From NCBI GenBank assembly GCA_964583095.1, contig CAZOVB010000003.1, positions 562 to 64,561 on the forward strand: a stretch of 64,000 nt of DNA. Direction: 5' to 3'. How positions within the stretch are numbered: position 1 is the stretch's first letter; each line of letters opens with the position of its first letter. A program made the translations under genes and the position numbers. The notes under the pieces were generated by a model. That model was not told the origin of the DNA. It made no database searches and saw only the letters and a program-made list of their open reading frames with translations. Positions 18,621-27,770 of this stretch are shown one piece after another. Origin of the DNA: an uncultured Planctomycetaceae bacterium. Its GTDB lineage: Bacteria > Planctomycetota > Phycisphaerae > SM23-33.

Positions 18621-19907
18621 ATGCCAACCTTCCAATACGAAGCCATGAACAAGGTAGGCCAGCCCGTCAAGGGCAAGATCGAGGCCGCCAACCAGGAAGA
18701 AGCTACCGCGCGCATCCGCTCGATGGGCAACTTCCCCACCAAGATCAAACAGCAGGCCGGGAAACGCAAACCGGACCAGAAGAAAGATTCCCAGCCCGGT
18801 GGCGGCGCCGGCGGAGGCGGCGGCGGGAGCCAGCAGAAACGCCGCACCGCCGGCAAGGTCTCCAAGAAACTCCTGACACAGTTCACACGCCAGCTCTCTA
18901 CGCTGGTCGATGCCGGCCTGCCCATCCTGCGATCGCTTCGTATCCTCGAACAGCAGCAGAAACCCGGCATGCTTCGCCTGGCCATCCGCATTGTGGCCGA
19001 GGACGTCGAAGGCGGAGCCACCCTCTCCGAGGCAATGGCCAGACACCCCAAGGCGTTCGACCGACTGTATGTCAACATGGTCCGCGCAGGCGAGCTGGGC
19101 GGCGTGCTGGATCTGATCCTCCAGCGCCTTTCGGACTTCATGGAACGCAGCCAGGCCCTGCGACGCAAGATCATCGGGGCGATGATCTACCCCGCCGCAG
19201 TGATCAGCTTCGCGGTCCTGATCGTCACGGGCCTGCTGGTGTTTGTCGTGCCGCAGTTCAAGGACATCTTCGAAGGCATGCAGATCCCCCTGCCCGGCGT
19301 GACCATCGCCCTGCTGAACTTCAGCGACTGGATGGTCCGCATCGGCTGGATCGTCCTGCTTGGCTCGCCCCTGGCGGTCTACGCACTGATCAAACTCCTG
19401 AGGACCAGCGACGGGGGCCGATATGCCGTGGACAAGTTCAAACTCAAAATTCCGCTGTTCGGATTGATCGCCTCCAAAGGCTCGATCGCACGTTTTTCCC
19501 GGACACTGGGAACGCTGCTCTCTGCCGGTGTCCCGATCCTCGAGGCCATCAACATCACCCGCGAAACCTCCGGAAACGAGGTGTATGTCCGGGCGCTGGG
19601 CCGCGTGCATGACGGCATCCGCGAGGGTGAAAGCTTCGCCGAGCCGCTGCGACAGGCCAAAATCGTCGACCCGATGGTCGTCAATATGATCGACGTCGGC
19701 GAAGAAACCGGTGAACTGGACCAGATGCTCACCAAGGTCGCCGACACGTACGACGAAGAGGTCGAGGTTCTCGTCGGGGCCATGACCAGCGTCATGGAGC
19801 CGGTTCTGATCATCTTCCTGGGTGTGTTGGTAGGCTTCATCGTCATCGCGCTGTTCTCCCCGATGATCGCCCTGCTCAAGAGTGCCCAGGACCGAGCCGG
19901 AGGCTGA
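18621..19907 (+). CDS. inner-membrane platform protein GspF/PilC
   Basis: Two T2SSF repeats (…LSTLVDAGLPILRSLRIL…, …LGTLLSAGVPILEAINIT…). It carries an N-terminal poly-Gly insert, QPGGGAGGGGGGSQQKRR. Confidence 0.85.
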   Translation: MPTFQYEAMNKVGQPVKGKIEAANQEEATARIRSMGNFPTKIKQQAGKRKPDQKKDSQPGGGAGGGGGGSQQKRRTAGKVSKKLLTQFTRQLSTLVDAGLPILRSLRILEQQQKPGMLRLAIRIVAEDVEGGATLSEAMARHPKAFDRLYVNMVRAGELGGVLDLILQRLSDFMERSQALRRKIIGAMIYPAAVISFAVLIVTGLLVFVVPQFKDIFEGMQIPLPGVTIALLNFSDWMVRIGWIVLLGSPLAVYALIKLLRTSDGGRYAVDKFKLKIPLFGLIASKGSIARFSRTLGTLLSAGVPILEAINITRETSGNEVYVRALGRVHDGIREGESFAEPLRQAKIVDPMVVNMIDVGEETGELDQMLTKVADTYDEEVEVLVGAMTSVMEPVLIIFLGVLVGFIVIALFSPMIALLKSAQDRAGG

Positions 19908-19920
19908 GAAAGGAAACCAG

Positions 19921-20619
19921 ATGCACGCTTTGCCAGGCATCAGAAGAGAAAAACCAGGCTGCTTCCCTGCAGGCAAGAGAGCATTTACCCTGCTGGAACT
20001 GCTGATTGTCATCGCCATCCTTGCCCTGCTGGCCGGAATCATCGTCCCCAGCCTGATGAAAGTCCGCCAGGCCGGATCGCGCGTCACCATCGAAGCCCGC
20101 ATCGCGATGCTAAGCCGCGCTGCCCAGCAGTACAAGCAGCTCAACCAGTACTACCCCGGACAGCGGTATCTTCGTGACGGCTACAACGGAGGGGTCTCCT
20201 GGGTCAAGACCGGCAGCCAGATGCTGGCCCTGTCGATCTTCTCCCCCGAAGACGACGCATCGGAGTTCCCCGCAGACAGCCGCTACTGCTCCCAATTTGA
20301 GAAGGAACTGCTCTTCACCTTCGAAAACGGCGGGACGCAGTACCAGAACACGCTTGCCGACAGCTCCAACGAGACCGCGCCGATCTGCTACTACCCCTGC
20401 GACCCGAGAAGCCGGGACCAGAGCGCCCAGAAGCAGTACAGCAAGGCGTTCGACTGGAACAAGGCCTACACAGGCTCGACTGCGGCGGAGTTCTACGCCT
20501 TCATTACCGACGGAGGCGATGGGAGCGACACCCCCCGCCGGAGCAACGAATTCCTGCTGATCGCTCCCGGGCCCGACGGAGAGTTTTTCACCTCCGACGA
20601 CATCCACAACATGAACTGA
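19921..20619 (+). CDS. GspG-like pseudopilin (prepilin-type N-terminal methylation domain), paralog 1
   Basis: RBS aaaggaaacc. The N-terminus has the prepilin motif G/FTLLELLIVIAILALLAGI, with a Glu at +5. The C-terminus ...LLIAPGPDGEFFTSDDIHN has the GspG-like xGxDGxxxxxDDI signature. Confidence 0.75.
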   Translation: MHALPGIRREKPGCFPAGKRAFTLLELLIVIAILALLAGIIVPSLMKVRQAGSRVTIEARIAMLSRAAQQYKQLNQYYPGQRYLRDGYNGGVSWVKTGSQMLALSIFSPEDDASEFPADSRYCSQFEKELLFTFENGGTQYQNTLADSSNETAPICYYPCDPRSRDQSAQKQYSKAFDWNKAYTGSTAAEFYAFITDGGDGSDTPRRSNEFLLIAPGPDGEFFTSDDIHNMN

Positions 20620-20635
20620 CCGGAAGGACCCAGAC

Positions 20636-21310
20636 GTGATCCCGCGAAATACAAGACAACCCGCCGGAGCTGAGAGGGGCTTTACGCTCCTGGAAGTTCT
20701 GATCGTGATCGCGATTATCTCGATTCTGGTCGTGATCGCCGTGCCCAGCATCTACAAAGCCAGGCAGCAGGCCGACCTGGCCCGATCCCGGGCGAGAATG
20801 ATCTCCCTGGAAGATGGCCTGTCGGCATTTCACGCCTTCGACGGGCGCAACTATTTTCCCGGACAGGACCGCAGGGGCCAGGACGCCCTCCGAAACGGCA
20901 TGACCGGATCTGAACTGCTGGCCCGGGCCATGTGGACCCCGCGGGAGGAAGACTATCTGGACAGCGACACCCCCGACGGATACCCCTCCGGCGTCTATTC
21001 CGGCCATTCCACGGACTACGAAATGGAATACGAGGGCGTTGCCCCCCTGCCCTCCGACGAGTTCGGTTCCGACCCCATGCCCATCCTGTACTACCCTGCC
21101 CGGCCGGGAACGATCGGCAAGAATGCCGACGTCCAGTACGAATACAACCACAACAAAACCATCACGCCCGATGCAAAGCGCAGCGATTTCTACGACTTCA
21201 TCACCTTCCAGGACAGCCGGCCTTACGCGCCGGGCAAGTTCCTCCTGATCTCCGCGGGAATCGACCGACGCTACTTCACCCAAGACGACCTGACCAACTT
21301 CGAAAGATAA
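20636..21310 (+). CDS. GspG-like pseudopilin, paralog 2
   Basis: RGFTLLEVLIVIAIISILVVIAVPSI, and a C-terminus LLISAGIDRRYFTQDDLTNF. Confidence 0.75.
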   Translation: MIPRNTRQPAGAERGFTLLEVLIVIAIISILVVIAVPSIYKARQQADLARSRARMISLEDGLSAFHAFDGRNYFPGQDRRGQDALRNGMTGSELLARAMWTPREEDYLDSDTPDGYPSGVYSGHSTDYEMEYEGVAPLPSDEFGSDPMPILYYPARPGTIGKNADVQYEYNHNKTITPDAKRSDFYDFITFQDSRPYAPGKFLLISAGIDRRYFTQDDLTNFER

Positions 21311-21314
21311 CGAT

Positions 21315-22010
21315 ATGTTCCGACATCCAGACAACCAGGTCCGCCACCGGCCAGGGGTACGTGGACGCCCCTCGGGCTTCACCCTCTTGGAGATGCTGAT
21401 CGTAATCGCGATTCTGGGCCTGCTGGTCTCCATCGCGGTTCCGGCCCTTCTGGCCGTCCGGGAGCGTGCGAAGATCTCCGTCTCGCAGCAGCGCATCGAC
21501 AGCATCGCCGCCGGCGTCGAGCAGTACCACAGCGAACACGGCGATTACCCGCCCGAAAGCATCGACGGTCTCAACAGCGCCCGGACGCTCTGCCTGTACA
21601 TGACCGGCTGGGCCAAAGACCGGAACCACGACGGACAGGCGGCAACCGGGGCATTGGACTTTCACGAAGACGACGGCAACGATGGCTTGGGCTGGCGCAG
21701 GCCCGACTCCCCCCGTGGACGCGTCTACGGACCCTACAAGGGCCTCGACGACGCCCCCCGATCCGACGGGAGCACGCCCACCCTCCTGGACGAGTTCGGC
21801 AATACGATCTGGTATGCGCGTTACGACGCCGCCTCGGGCAAGATGGTAATCAAAGACGATCCCGGTCTGCCCGGCAAATACTTCCAGGATGAAGACGACA
21901 AGTATTACCGGAAGGACTTCGGGGTCTTCTCTGCCGGGCCCGACGGCGACTTCCAGCGATATGCCTCCGACAGCGGATCCGACGACCTGAGCAACTTCTT
22001 ACCCCAGTGA
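21315..22010 (+). CDS. GspG-like pseudopilin, paralog 3
   Basis: SGFTLLEMLIVIAILGLLVSIAVPAL, and a C-terminus FSAGPDGDF...SDDLSNF. Confidence 0.75.
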   Translation: MFRHPDNQVRHRPGVRGRPSGFTLLEMLIVIAILGLLVSIAVPALLAVRERAKISVSQQRIDSIAAGVEQYHSEHGDYPPESIDGLNSARTLCLYMTGWAKDRNHDGQAATGALDFHEDDGNDGLGWRRPDSPRGRVYGPYKGLDDAPRSDGSTPTLLDEFGNTIWYARYDAASGKMVIKDDPGLPGKYFQDEDDKYYRKDFGVFSAGPDGDFQRYASDSGSDDLSNFLPQ

Positions 22011-22525
22011 GCGAATCGATGGCGAGCAAACCCAACAAGACATTCCGAGCCCGGCGCGGCTTTACCCTCATCGAGCTGCTGGTGGTCATGGTGATCCTGG
22101 CGATCATCATCGCCCTGGCCGTGGCGATCGGAGGCTACATCAACGAGGAATCCTCCCGAAAACGGACACAGACGGCCCAGGAGATCCTGAAGACGGCCGT
22201 GGACATGTATGAAAAGGCCTACGACGGCCGGGCCCCCAGCGATGAGTGGGATTCCTCCTGGTCGGTGACCAAGCCCGGCGACGAAGCCGAGGCCACCACC
22301 GTTGCGCTGCTCCAGAGGCTCAAGGAAGTGCCCAAGAGCTGGAAGATCGTGGAGAAACTCGAAGAGGAGATCTTCGAAGACGCCCAGACCCCCCTGACCG
22401 ACGGCTTCGGCTACCCGATGAAGTACGTCGACGACGGCGGACGGGGCAAGGCGCCGGTACTGATCTCCACGGGGCCCGATGGGAAATTCGGTACAGAAGA
22501 CGACATTCGATCGGACAAACAATGA
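22007..22525 (+). CDS. GspG-like major pseudopilin, paralog 4
   Basis: RGFTLIELLVVMVILAIIIALAV, and a C-terminus GYPMKYVDDG...VLISTGPDGKFGTEDDIRSDK, typical of GspG. The start overlaps the previous stop by 4 nt. Confidence 0.8.
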   Translation: MSESMASKPNKTFRARRGFTLIELLVVMVILAIIIALAVAIGGYINEESSRKRTQTAQEILKTAVDMYEKAYDGRAPSDEWDSSWSVTKPGDEAEATTVALLQRLKEVPKSWKIVEKLEEEIFEDAQTPLTDGFGYPMKYVDDGGRGKAPVLISTGPDGKFGTEDDIRSDKQ

Positions 22526-23271
22526 CAAGCCTGAAAACAACCCGGATGCACCGCAAGAGCAACCTTGGCTTCACGCTGATCGAGATCCTCGTGGTTCTCG
22601 GCGTCATTGCGATCCTCGTCGGGATCACCCTGCCGGGAATCATCGATATCTTCAGTTCCGGATCCGAAGGCCAGGCCTACAGCGTCACCAACTCGCTGCT
22701 TCGCACGGCCCGGGCCTATGCGATCGAGAACAGCGTCTACACGGCCGTGCACTTCCAGCCCGCCGACCGCGACCTGGAGGAATTCAGCGACCGCTGGTCC
22801 ACGTTCGCCTCGATCATGGCCTGGAACGAGGAAGACGGCTACTTCCAGATGCCCGCGGGGTTCGAGCCGGTGGCCATTCCCGGCGGCATGGCCGTCGGAG
22901 CCGTCGACGACCGCTTCTTCAATTCCGACGGCTCGATCAAGAACATCACCCAGCCCGAAAAGCTCGTCACCGCGACGGTGATCTTCTCCCCGGAGGGCAA
23001 GGTCGTCCGCTGGGCGCCGACCTCCAACGGCCACGCGAAATTCGACCTCGCCGACGGCGCCCTGTTCGACAAGGACGATGACCTGCGGATCTGGGACAAC
23101 GACAACAGCACCTGGAATATGCATACCCTCGGTGTTACCGCGGTGACATTCTTCCCCCTCCAGGAGTACATGAGCCTTACCAACACATCATCGCGAACGT
23201 ACTTCCTCCAGGACAAGGCCGCCTTTACCGGAATCAACCTCTACACCGGACAACTGTTCCCAAGGAAGTGA
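22522..23271 (+). CDS. minor pseudopilin (prepilin-type N-terminal domain)
   Basis: The ATG sits at 22522 within ATGA, overlapping the GspG stop. The N-terminus is ...LGFTLIEILVVLGVIAILVGITLPGII. Confidence 0.65.
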   Translation: MTSLKTTRMHRKSNLGFTLIEILVVLGVIAILVGITLPGIIDIFSSGSEGQAYSVTNSLLRTARAYAIENSVYTAVHFQPADRDLEEFSDRWSTFASIMAWNEEDGYFQMPAGFEPVAIPGGMAVGAVDDRFFNSDGSIKNITQPEKLVTATVIFSPEGKVVRWAPTSNGHAKFDLADGALFDKDDDLRIWDNDNSTWNMHTLGVTAVTFFPLQEYMSLTNTSSRTYFLQDKAAFTGINLYTGQLFPRK

Positions 23272-23276
23272 TTCAT

Positions 23277-24107
23277 ATGCAAACTCCATTTGAACATCAC
23301 GTTACACCCGACCGGCGGGGCTTTACGCTGGTGGAAACGATGTTTGCCATCGTGATCATGGGCATTGCACTGACCATGGTAGCCGGCGTGGTCCCGGTCG
23401 GCATCGAGCTGAGCCGGTCCAGCGTGGGCGCGGTGGAATCCAAGGTCGGCTCCCGCAACGCTGTGACCTTCATTCGGTCCATGCTCACCCGCCGGCACAT
23501 GCTTGACCAGGGGGTGACGCGGCAGTTCGTGGAAATCGACGTCGACTCGCTGTTGACCACAGACGTCTATATCGATGATCCCGGCGACTACGAAACCACC
23601 AACCTGACACACCCGCTTGCCCGCAAGTCCGACGATGACCTGGTCGAGGACGAACGAAAGGGCTTCAGACTCCTGGCCCGGAGGATGGATTCCGAGCCGG
23701 ACCCCAGCCTCGCCCGCAACGACTACCTCCTGGCCATCTTCTACTACCTGGAGAACGAGATCTTCGAAGAAGATCCGGACGAAGACGGCAATGAGATGGC
23801 CCTGAAACCCATCGGCATCGACTCGGTCGACCACGATGACCGGCAAGTGAGCATCTCCAACCAGTCGCAGGCCAAGTTCTTCCAGCCGGGCAGTATCGTA
23901 CTTGGTCAGAACGGCTCCTGGGCGCGGATCGAAAGCATCGACGGCAAGACGATTCAGCTCGACCGCGCCCTGAGCGGCTCCCAGTCGGCCATCGAGCCTC
24001 TCTGGACCATCTACGAACACGACGGGGACGCCGACGCCCCCCTGCCGGTCATGAGCCCGGGACTGGGGCTTCTCACCGTCCGCACCGCATTGAGGAACGC
24101 ACCATGA
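23277..24107 (+). CDS. minor pseudopilin (prepilin-type N-terminal domain)
   Basis: The RBS AGGAAG lies 9 nt upstream of the ATG at 23277. The N-terminus is RRGFTLVETMFAIVIMGIALTMVAGVV. Confidence 0.6.
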   Translation: MQTPFEHHVTPDRRGFTLVETMFAIVIMGIALTMVAGVVPVGIELSRSSVGAVESKVGSRNAVTFIRSMLTRRHMLDQGVTRQFVEIDVDSLLTTDVYIDDPGDYETTNLTHPLARKSDDDLVEDERKGFRLLARRMDSEPDPSLARNDYLLAIFYYLENEIFEEDPDEDGNEMALKPIGIDSVDHDDRQVSISNQSQAKFFQPGSIVLGQNGSWARIESIDGKTIQLDRALSGSQSAIEPLWTIYEHDGDADAPLPVMSPGLGLLTVRTALRNAP

Positions 24108-25024
24108 GACACACACCCACAATGAGAACGCGACGGGGCATGACGCTGATCGAACTGCTTGTCACCGTGGTGGTTATCGCCGCGATCCTCTACGTGTTCA
24201 ACATGGTCCTCACCAGCAGTCAGCAGTTCGTGACGACCACCCAGAGCCGCTCGCGTGCCAACAGTGCGGCCGAGGCCATCGCGAGGACGATCCGCTCGGA
24301 CCTGGAACGGATATCGCGCCAGGGATTCCTGTTGATCTGGCACAAACCCTCTGAAGGCTATCGAATGTGCTTCACCCAGGCCGGCAGGTTCAACTCCACC
24401 CTGGCAGATAAAGGCACCCCCGCCTACGCGACGCGCGCAACCGGCGCGGTGGTCGCCTACGGCATGGCCGACAACACGCATCCGGCCTATCCCGGAAAGG
24501 TCCTGCTCCGCAAGCAGCTTCTGCTGGTCGGAACCAGCATGTCCGATCCGCTGCCTGCCGATGCGGATGGCGGCGACCCCGACAGCGGTTCGGATCCGTT
24601 TTTCGGACCCACCAACCCGTCGATCAGCCCCACTCTGGGCACCATCCAGTTCACGCGGGAATCGAAGCTGCTTGACCAGATCCTGGGCGGTCCAAGTGAT
24701 GAATCCTTCATGGAGTCCGTGCCCGAATCGATCCGGGTTCCTGCAAACAACAACCTGAATGAGGTCAGGGACCTCTGGGAAGTCCTGAGCCCGGGGATCG
24801 AACTCGTCGGCGTCCGTTACGCGATGCCCGACCCGCATACAGGAAAGCCCAAGTGGCATGCGATCGACCTGAGCAAGAGCTACCAGAATTTCTGGACGCA
24901 CGAGGATCCCTCCGACTGGCCTTTGGCGCTACACCTGATATTCCGTCTTAACGATCCGGACCTGCCCGAGGAGTTGCAGAACGAATCGACGCTTTACCAC
25001 GTGGTCGCCCCGATCGGCCAGTAA
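24104..25024 (+). CDS. minor pseudopilin (prepilin-type N-terminal domain)
   Basis: RRGMTLIELLVTVVVIAAILYVFNMV. The start overlaps the upstream stop by 4 nt. Confidence 0.6.
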   Translation: MRHTPTMRTRRGMTLIELLVTVVVIAAILYVFNMVLTSSQQFVTTTQSRSRANSAAEAIARTIRSDLERISRQGFLLIWHKPSEGYRMCFTQAGRFNSTLADKGTPAYATRATGAVVAYGMADNTHPAYPGKVLLRKQLLLVGTSMSDPLPADADGGDPDSGSDPFFGPTNPSISPTLGTIQFTRESKLLDQILGGPSDESFMESVPESIRVPANNNLNEVRDLWEVLSPGIELVGVRYAMPDPHTGKPKWHAIDLSKSYQNFWTHEDPSDWPLALHLIFRLNDPDLPEELQNESTLYHVVAPIGQ

Positions 25025-25042
25025 ACTTTGCAGAGGTGCACG

Positions 25043-27730
25043 ATGAAACGCACACATAATCAACGAGGTTCGGTCCTGCTGATGGTGGTTGGTCTTCTGA
25101 CCATCCTCTACATGCTCCTGGGCACCTTCCTGATCGTAGCCCGCTATGATGAGTCCGAGGCCCTGAGCCTGGCCACCGAAGCCCAGAACGATCCCGGCGC
25201 ATCGGGTGTGGTCGGCCTGATCAAGCAGCGACTGGCCGATGACCTTCATACCGATGCCAACAATCCCTACGCGTCCCTGACGCCGGATCCGCAGGGGTGG
25301 AAGGGCTTCATCGACTACCCGGCCGAGGATGTCGACGATCACCTGGCCACCAGCTACGACCCAGCTCTGTTCCGTTGGAAGCACCTGACCAACCTCGTGG
25401 GACTGGATTCAGCCAAGGTCACCAACGTCGTTTACAATCAGGACGTCACCTCCCCGGACTACGAGTATTTCCTCGACCTCGACGGCGACAAGCATGAAGA
25501 CTCCTATCGTTTCGAGACCGGCATGGTGGATCCCAAGGGCAGGGCCATCTACGGATTCGTCCGCATCCTGGATACGTCCTCGTTTTTGAACATGACGATC
25601 GGCAACGGACCCGACTGCCTCTACTATGCCCCCGGATCTCTGGAGGCTAACTGGACTGCCTCCGGCGGAAATGGCGTGGTGGACAAGTGGAATGATTGGA
25701 GCAATATCGGGTTGGTCACAACGATGCTCACCACACCGTCCGATATTGACGTAGCCAAGCTACTGGATTCTGCCGTCCTTGGCGCCTTCCATTACAGTCG
25801 CATCGACACCTCCACTCCAACGACGAGCAACACCTACTGGTACGAGTTCGCCCAGCATCCTCACAGGCCCGGTCCCTATATGGGTCTACCCGAGCCCTCG
25901 GACCCTTACAGGCCCTTCGACCCCGGGGAGGAGATCTTCCTGCGGTACACGGGCCCTTCGTCCGACAACGCCGGGCTCCTGCCCCAGTTGATCATCGACT
26001 CCAATCCCAGCGACCGGATCGATCGCAAACGCATATTCACTACGACCAGCGTCTCGCGGCAGCTTCTTCGCCGCCCGAAGACGGGCTCTGCCGATCCCAA
26101 CGACGACCGCATCAAGCGGATGCTGCTCTCCCGGAATTTCGAGCCCGACCAATGGCTCTATGAGCAGTTGGTCGCCGCCGGGGCCGGTAAAAAAGAGGCC
26201 GCCCACTTCCTGGCCAACCTCTGGGCGTACACGTCCCCCGACCAGGCCCACAACAACGCCTTTGCCTTCAGTCCCTCCGGCGAGAGTTTTAAGGTCTACG
26301 GGGCCGTCGAGCAGTTGGTCATCACCGATGCCTACGTCTACTACAAGCCCCAATCGACTCCCGGCACGGACGATTCCGGCTGGGCGGTAGCCATTGAACT
26401 GATGAACCCCTGCTGGAAAAGCGTCAACATCCAGAACTACGAGGTCGAAGGCTTCGACCTGGGCACCCTGGGTCCGACCGCGGTAGCCCCTGGCAACTCG
26501 ATCGTCCTCTGGACGGTCGGCAACGGCCCCGGTGCGACCACGCCGCTGGACTCCTCGGATTTCAAGTTCCCGCCCGAGTACGAAGTACCCGAACTGGCCA
26601 CGCTGGCCAAGGATGCCGGAACGATCGAGATCACCCGCGACGTCGGCACCGAGAGCGATATCCCCGTCGACAAGGTCTCGGCCTTTGATCTGGGGTACAC
26701 CAAACCCGCCACGGGGGAAGCTGCCGTCAGCGCCCTGGCCCTGCGAGACGACGACTGGGGACCCTACAACCCCGCCGCTGGACAATACGGCGGGCGCCAG
26801 CGCGCCCTGGTGGCGGAGTACCAGACATCTGCTCCGGGAATGAACTTCAGCAGCGCCGGGGGCAATGGGCTGGCCGCCTCGTCTCTTTCCAACGTGAACC
26901 AGGGCTTTGGCCTCCACCGCCTCGGCGGGGTTCCCTACAACCTGGGCGAGCTGGCGCGGGTCTTCACCGTCGGGCCCGACGACAGCGGCAACGACCTGCC
27001 CCACCAGCTCAAGAGCCTGGCCGGCAGCGTCTCACGCGGAAAGCTCAACTTCCATGCCAATGCCGCAAGCGGGGACGGCAACTACCCCACGCTGCCCTGG
27101 GCGACGATTCTGCCCGAGCTGGTGGACGTGCTGCCCGGCGACAGGACCAGAGGGCCGCTTGACCCTGCTGATGGCCACGTCGAGCTCCGACGCGTCTACG
27201 GGCGGGTGAACATCAACACCGCCTCGCGTGAAGTCCTGGCCGCCCTGCCCTGGCCGGACGAACTGCTCTACCGATCGGCTCCGCTGGTCATCGATGCGAC
27301 CGAGAGAGCTCGAATCGCCGAGTACATCCAGTGCTACCGCGACGGTGAGCAAGTCAGCGGGGGGCCCGATTACTCCAACCGCGCAGCGGCCAGCGGAATC
27401 GGCGGGCTTCGCGACGGCGTGACCCACAACGGCTTCCTTACCCCGGGCGAACTGGCCATTCCCTTAGGCGACTATGTAGCCTCCCGGCTTTCGCCGGCCG
27501 AGAGGAAGCGGGCGGATTACGCCTCCATGTTCGGCCGCTACGGCCTGTACCGGGCGGTAAGCAACCTGGTCACCGTCCAGAGCGACACGTACGTGGTGCT
27601 CCTGGCCCTGCAGATCAAAGACAGCCGGGGCCGGCCCAAGACGTGGCGATACATGGCCTTGCTCGACAGGAGCATCGTGGGCAAGACCGGTCAGCAGCCG
27701 GCCGTGCTGATGTTCACCAAGCTGGAGTAG
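25043..27730 (+). CDS. giant GspK-like minor pseudopilin (about 895 aa)
   Basis: The RBS GAGGTG precedes the ATG at 25043. The N-terminus QRGSVLLMVVGLLTILYMLLGTFLIVAR is GspK-like. The C-terminal VYGRVNINTASREVLAALP resembles the GspK helix-hairpin-helix segment. The long Pro/Gly/Asp-rich middle region is unusual for GspK. Confidence 0.5.
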   Translation: MKRTHNQRGSVLLMVVGLLTILYMLLGTFLIVARYDESEALSLATEAQNDPGASGVVGLIKQRLADDLHTDANNPYASLTPDPQGWKGFIDYPAEDVDDHLATSYDPALFRWKHLTNLVGLDSAKVTNVVYNQDVTSPDYEYFLDLDGDKHEDSYRFETGMVDPKGRAIYGFVRILDTSSFLNMTIGNGPDCLYYAPGSLEANWTASGGNGVVDKWNDWSNIGLVTTMLTTPSDIDVAKLLDSAVLGAFHYSRIDTSTPTTSNTYWYEFAQHPHRPGPYMGLPEPSDPYRPFDPGEEIFLRYTGPSSDNAGLLPQLIIDSNPSDRIDRKRIFTTTSVSRQLLRRPKTGSADPNDDRIKRMLLSRNFEPDQWLYEQLVAAGAGKKEAAHFLANLWAYTSPDQAHNNAFAFSPSGESFKVYGAVEQLVITDAYVYYKPQSTPGTDDSGWAVAIELMNPCWKSVNIQNYEVEGFDLGTLGPTAVAPGNSIVLWTVGNGPGATTPLDSSDFKFPPEYEVPELATLAKDAGTIEITRDVGTESDIPVDKVSAFDLGYTKPATGEAAVSALALRDDDWGPYNPAAGQYGGRQRALVAEYQTSAPGMNFSSAGGNGLAASSLSNVNQGFGLHRLGGVPYNLGELARVFTVGPDDSGNDLPHQLKSLAGSVSRGKLNFHANAASGDGNYPTLPWATILPELVDVLPGDRTRGPLDPADGHVELRRVYGRVNINTASREVLAALPWPDELLYRSAPLVIDATERARIAEYIQCYRDGEQVSGGPDYSNRAAASGIGGLRDGVTHNGFLTPGELAIPLGDYVASRLSPAERKRADYASMFGRYGLYRAVSNLVTVQSDTYVVLLALQIKDSRGRPKTWRYMALLDRSIVGKTGQQPAVLMFTKLE

Positions 27731-27770
27731 CAGAGCGTTTCGGAACAAACGGCCGGACCACTCCGGCCTC

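Noticed and set aside
16883-20144. Long minus-strand ORFs of 763 aa and 564 aa
   Set aside because: They lie antisense to gspE copy 2 and gspF, both of which have unambiguous Walker and T2SSF motifs.
22246-22521. An upstream extension of the pseudopilin ORF
   Set aside because: It overlaps the GspG-like gene in another frame. A proper ATG at 22522 immediately precedes the prepilin N-terminal helix.
25886-27004. A 372-aa minus-strand ORF
   Set aside because: It lies antisense to the GspK-like gene and has repetitive Gly/Val/Ala/Arg composition.
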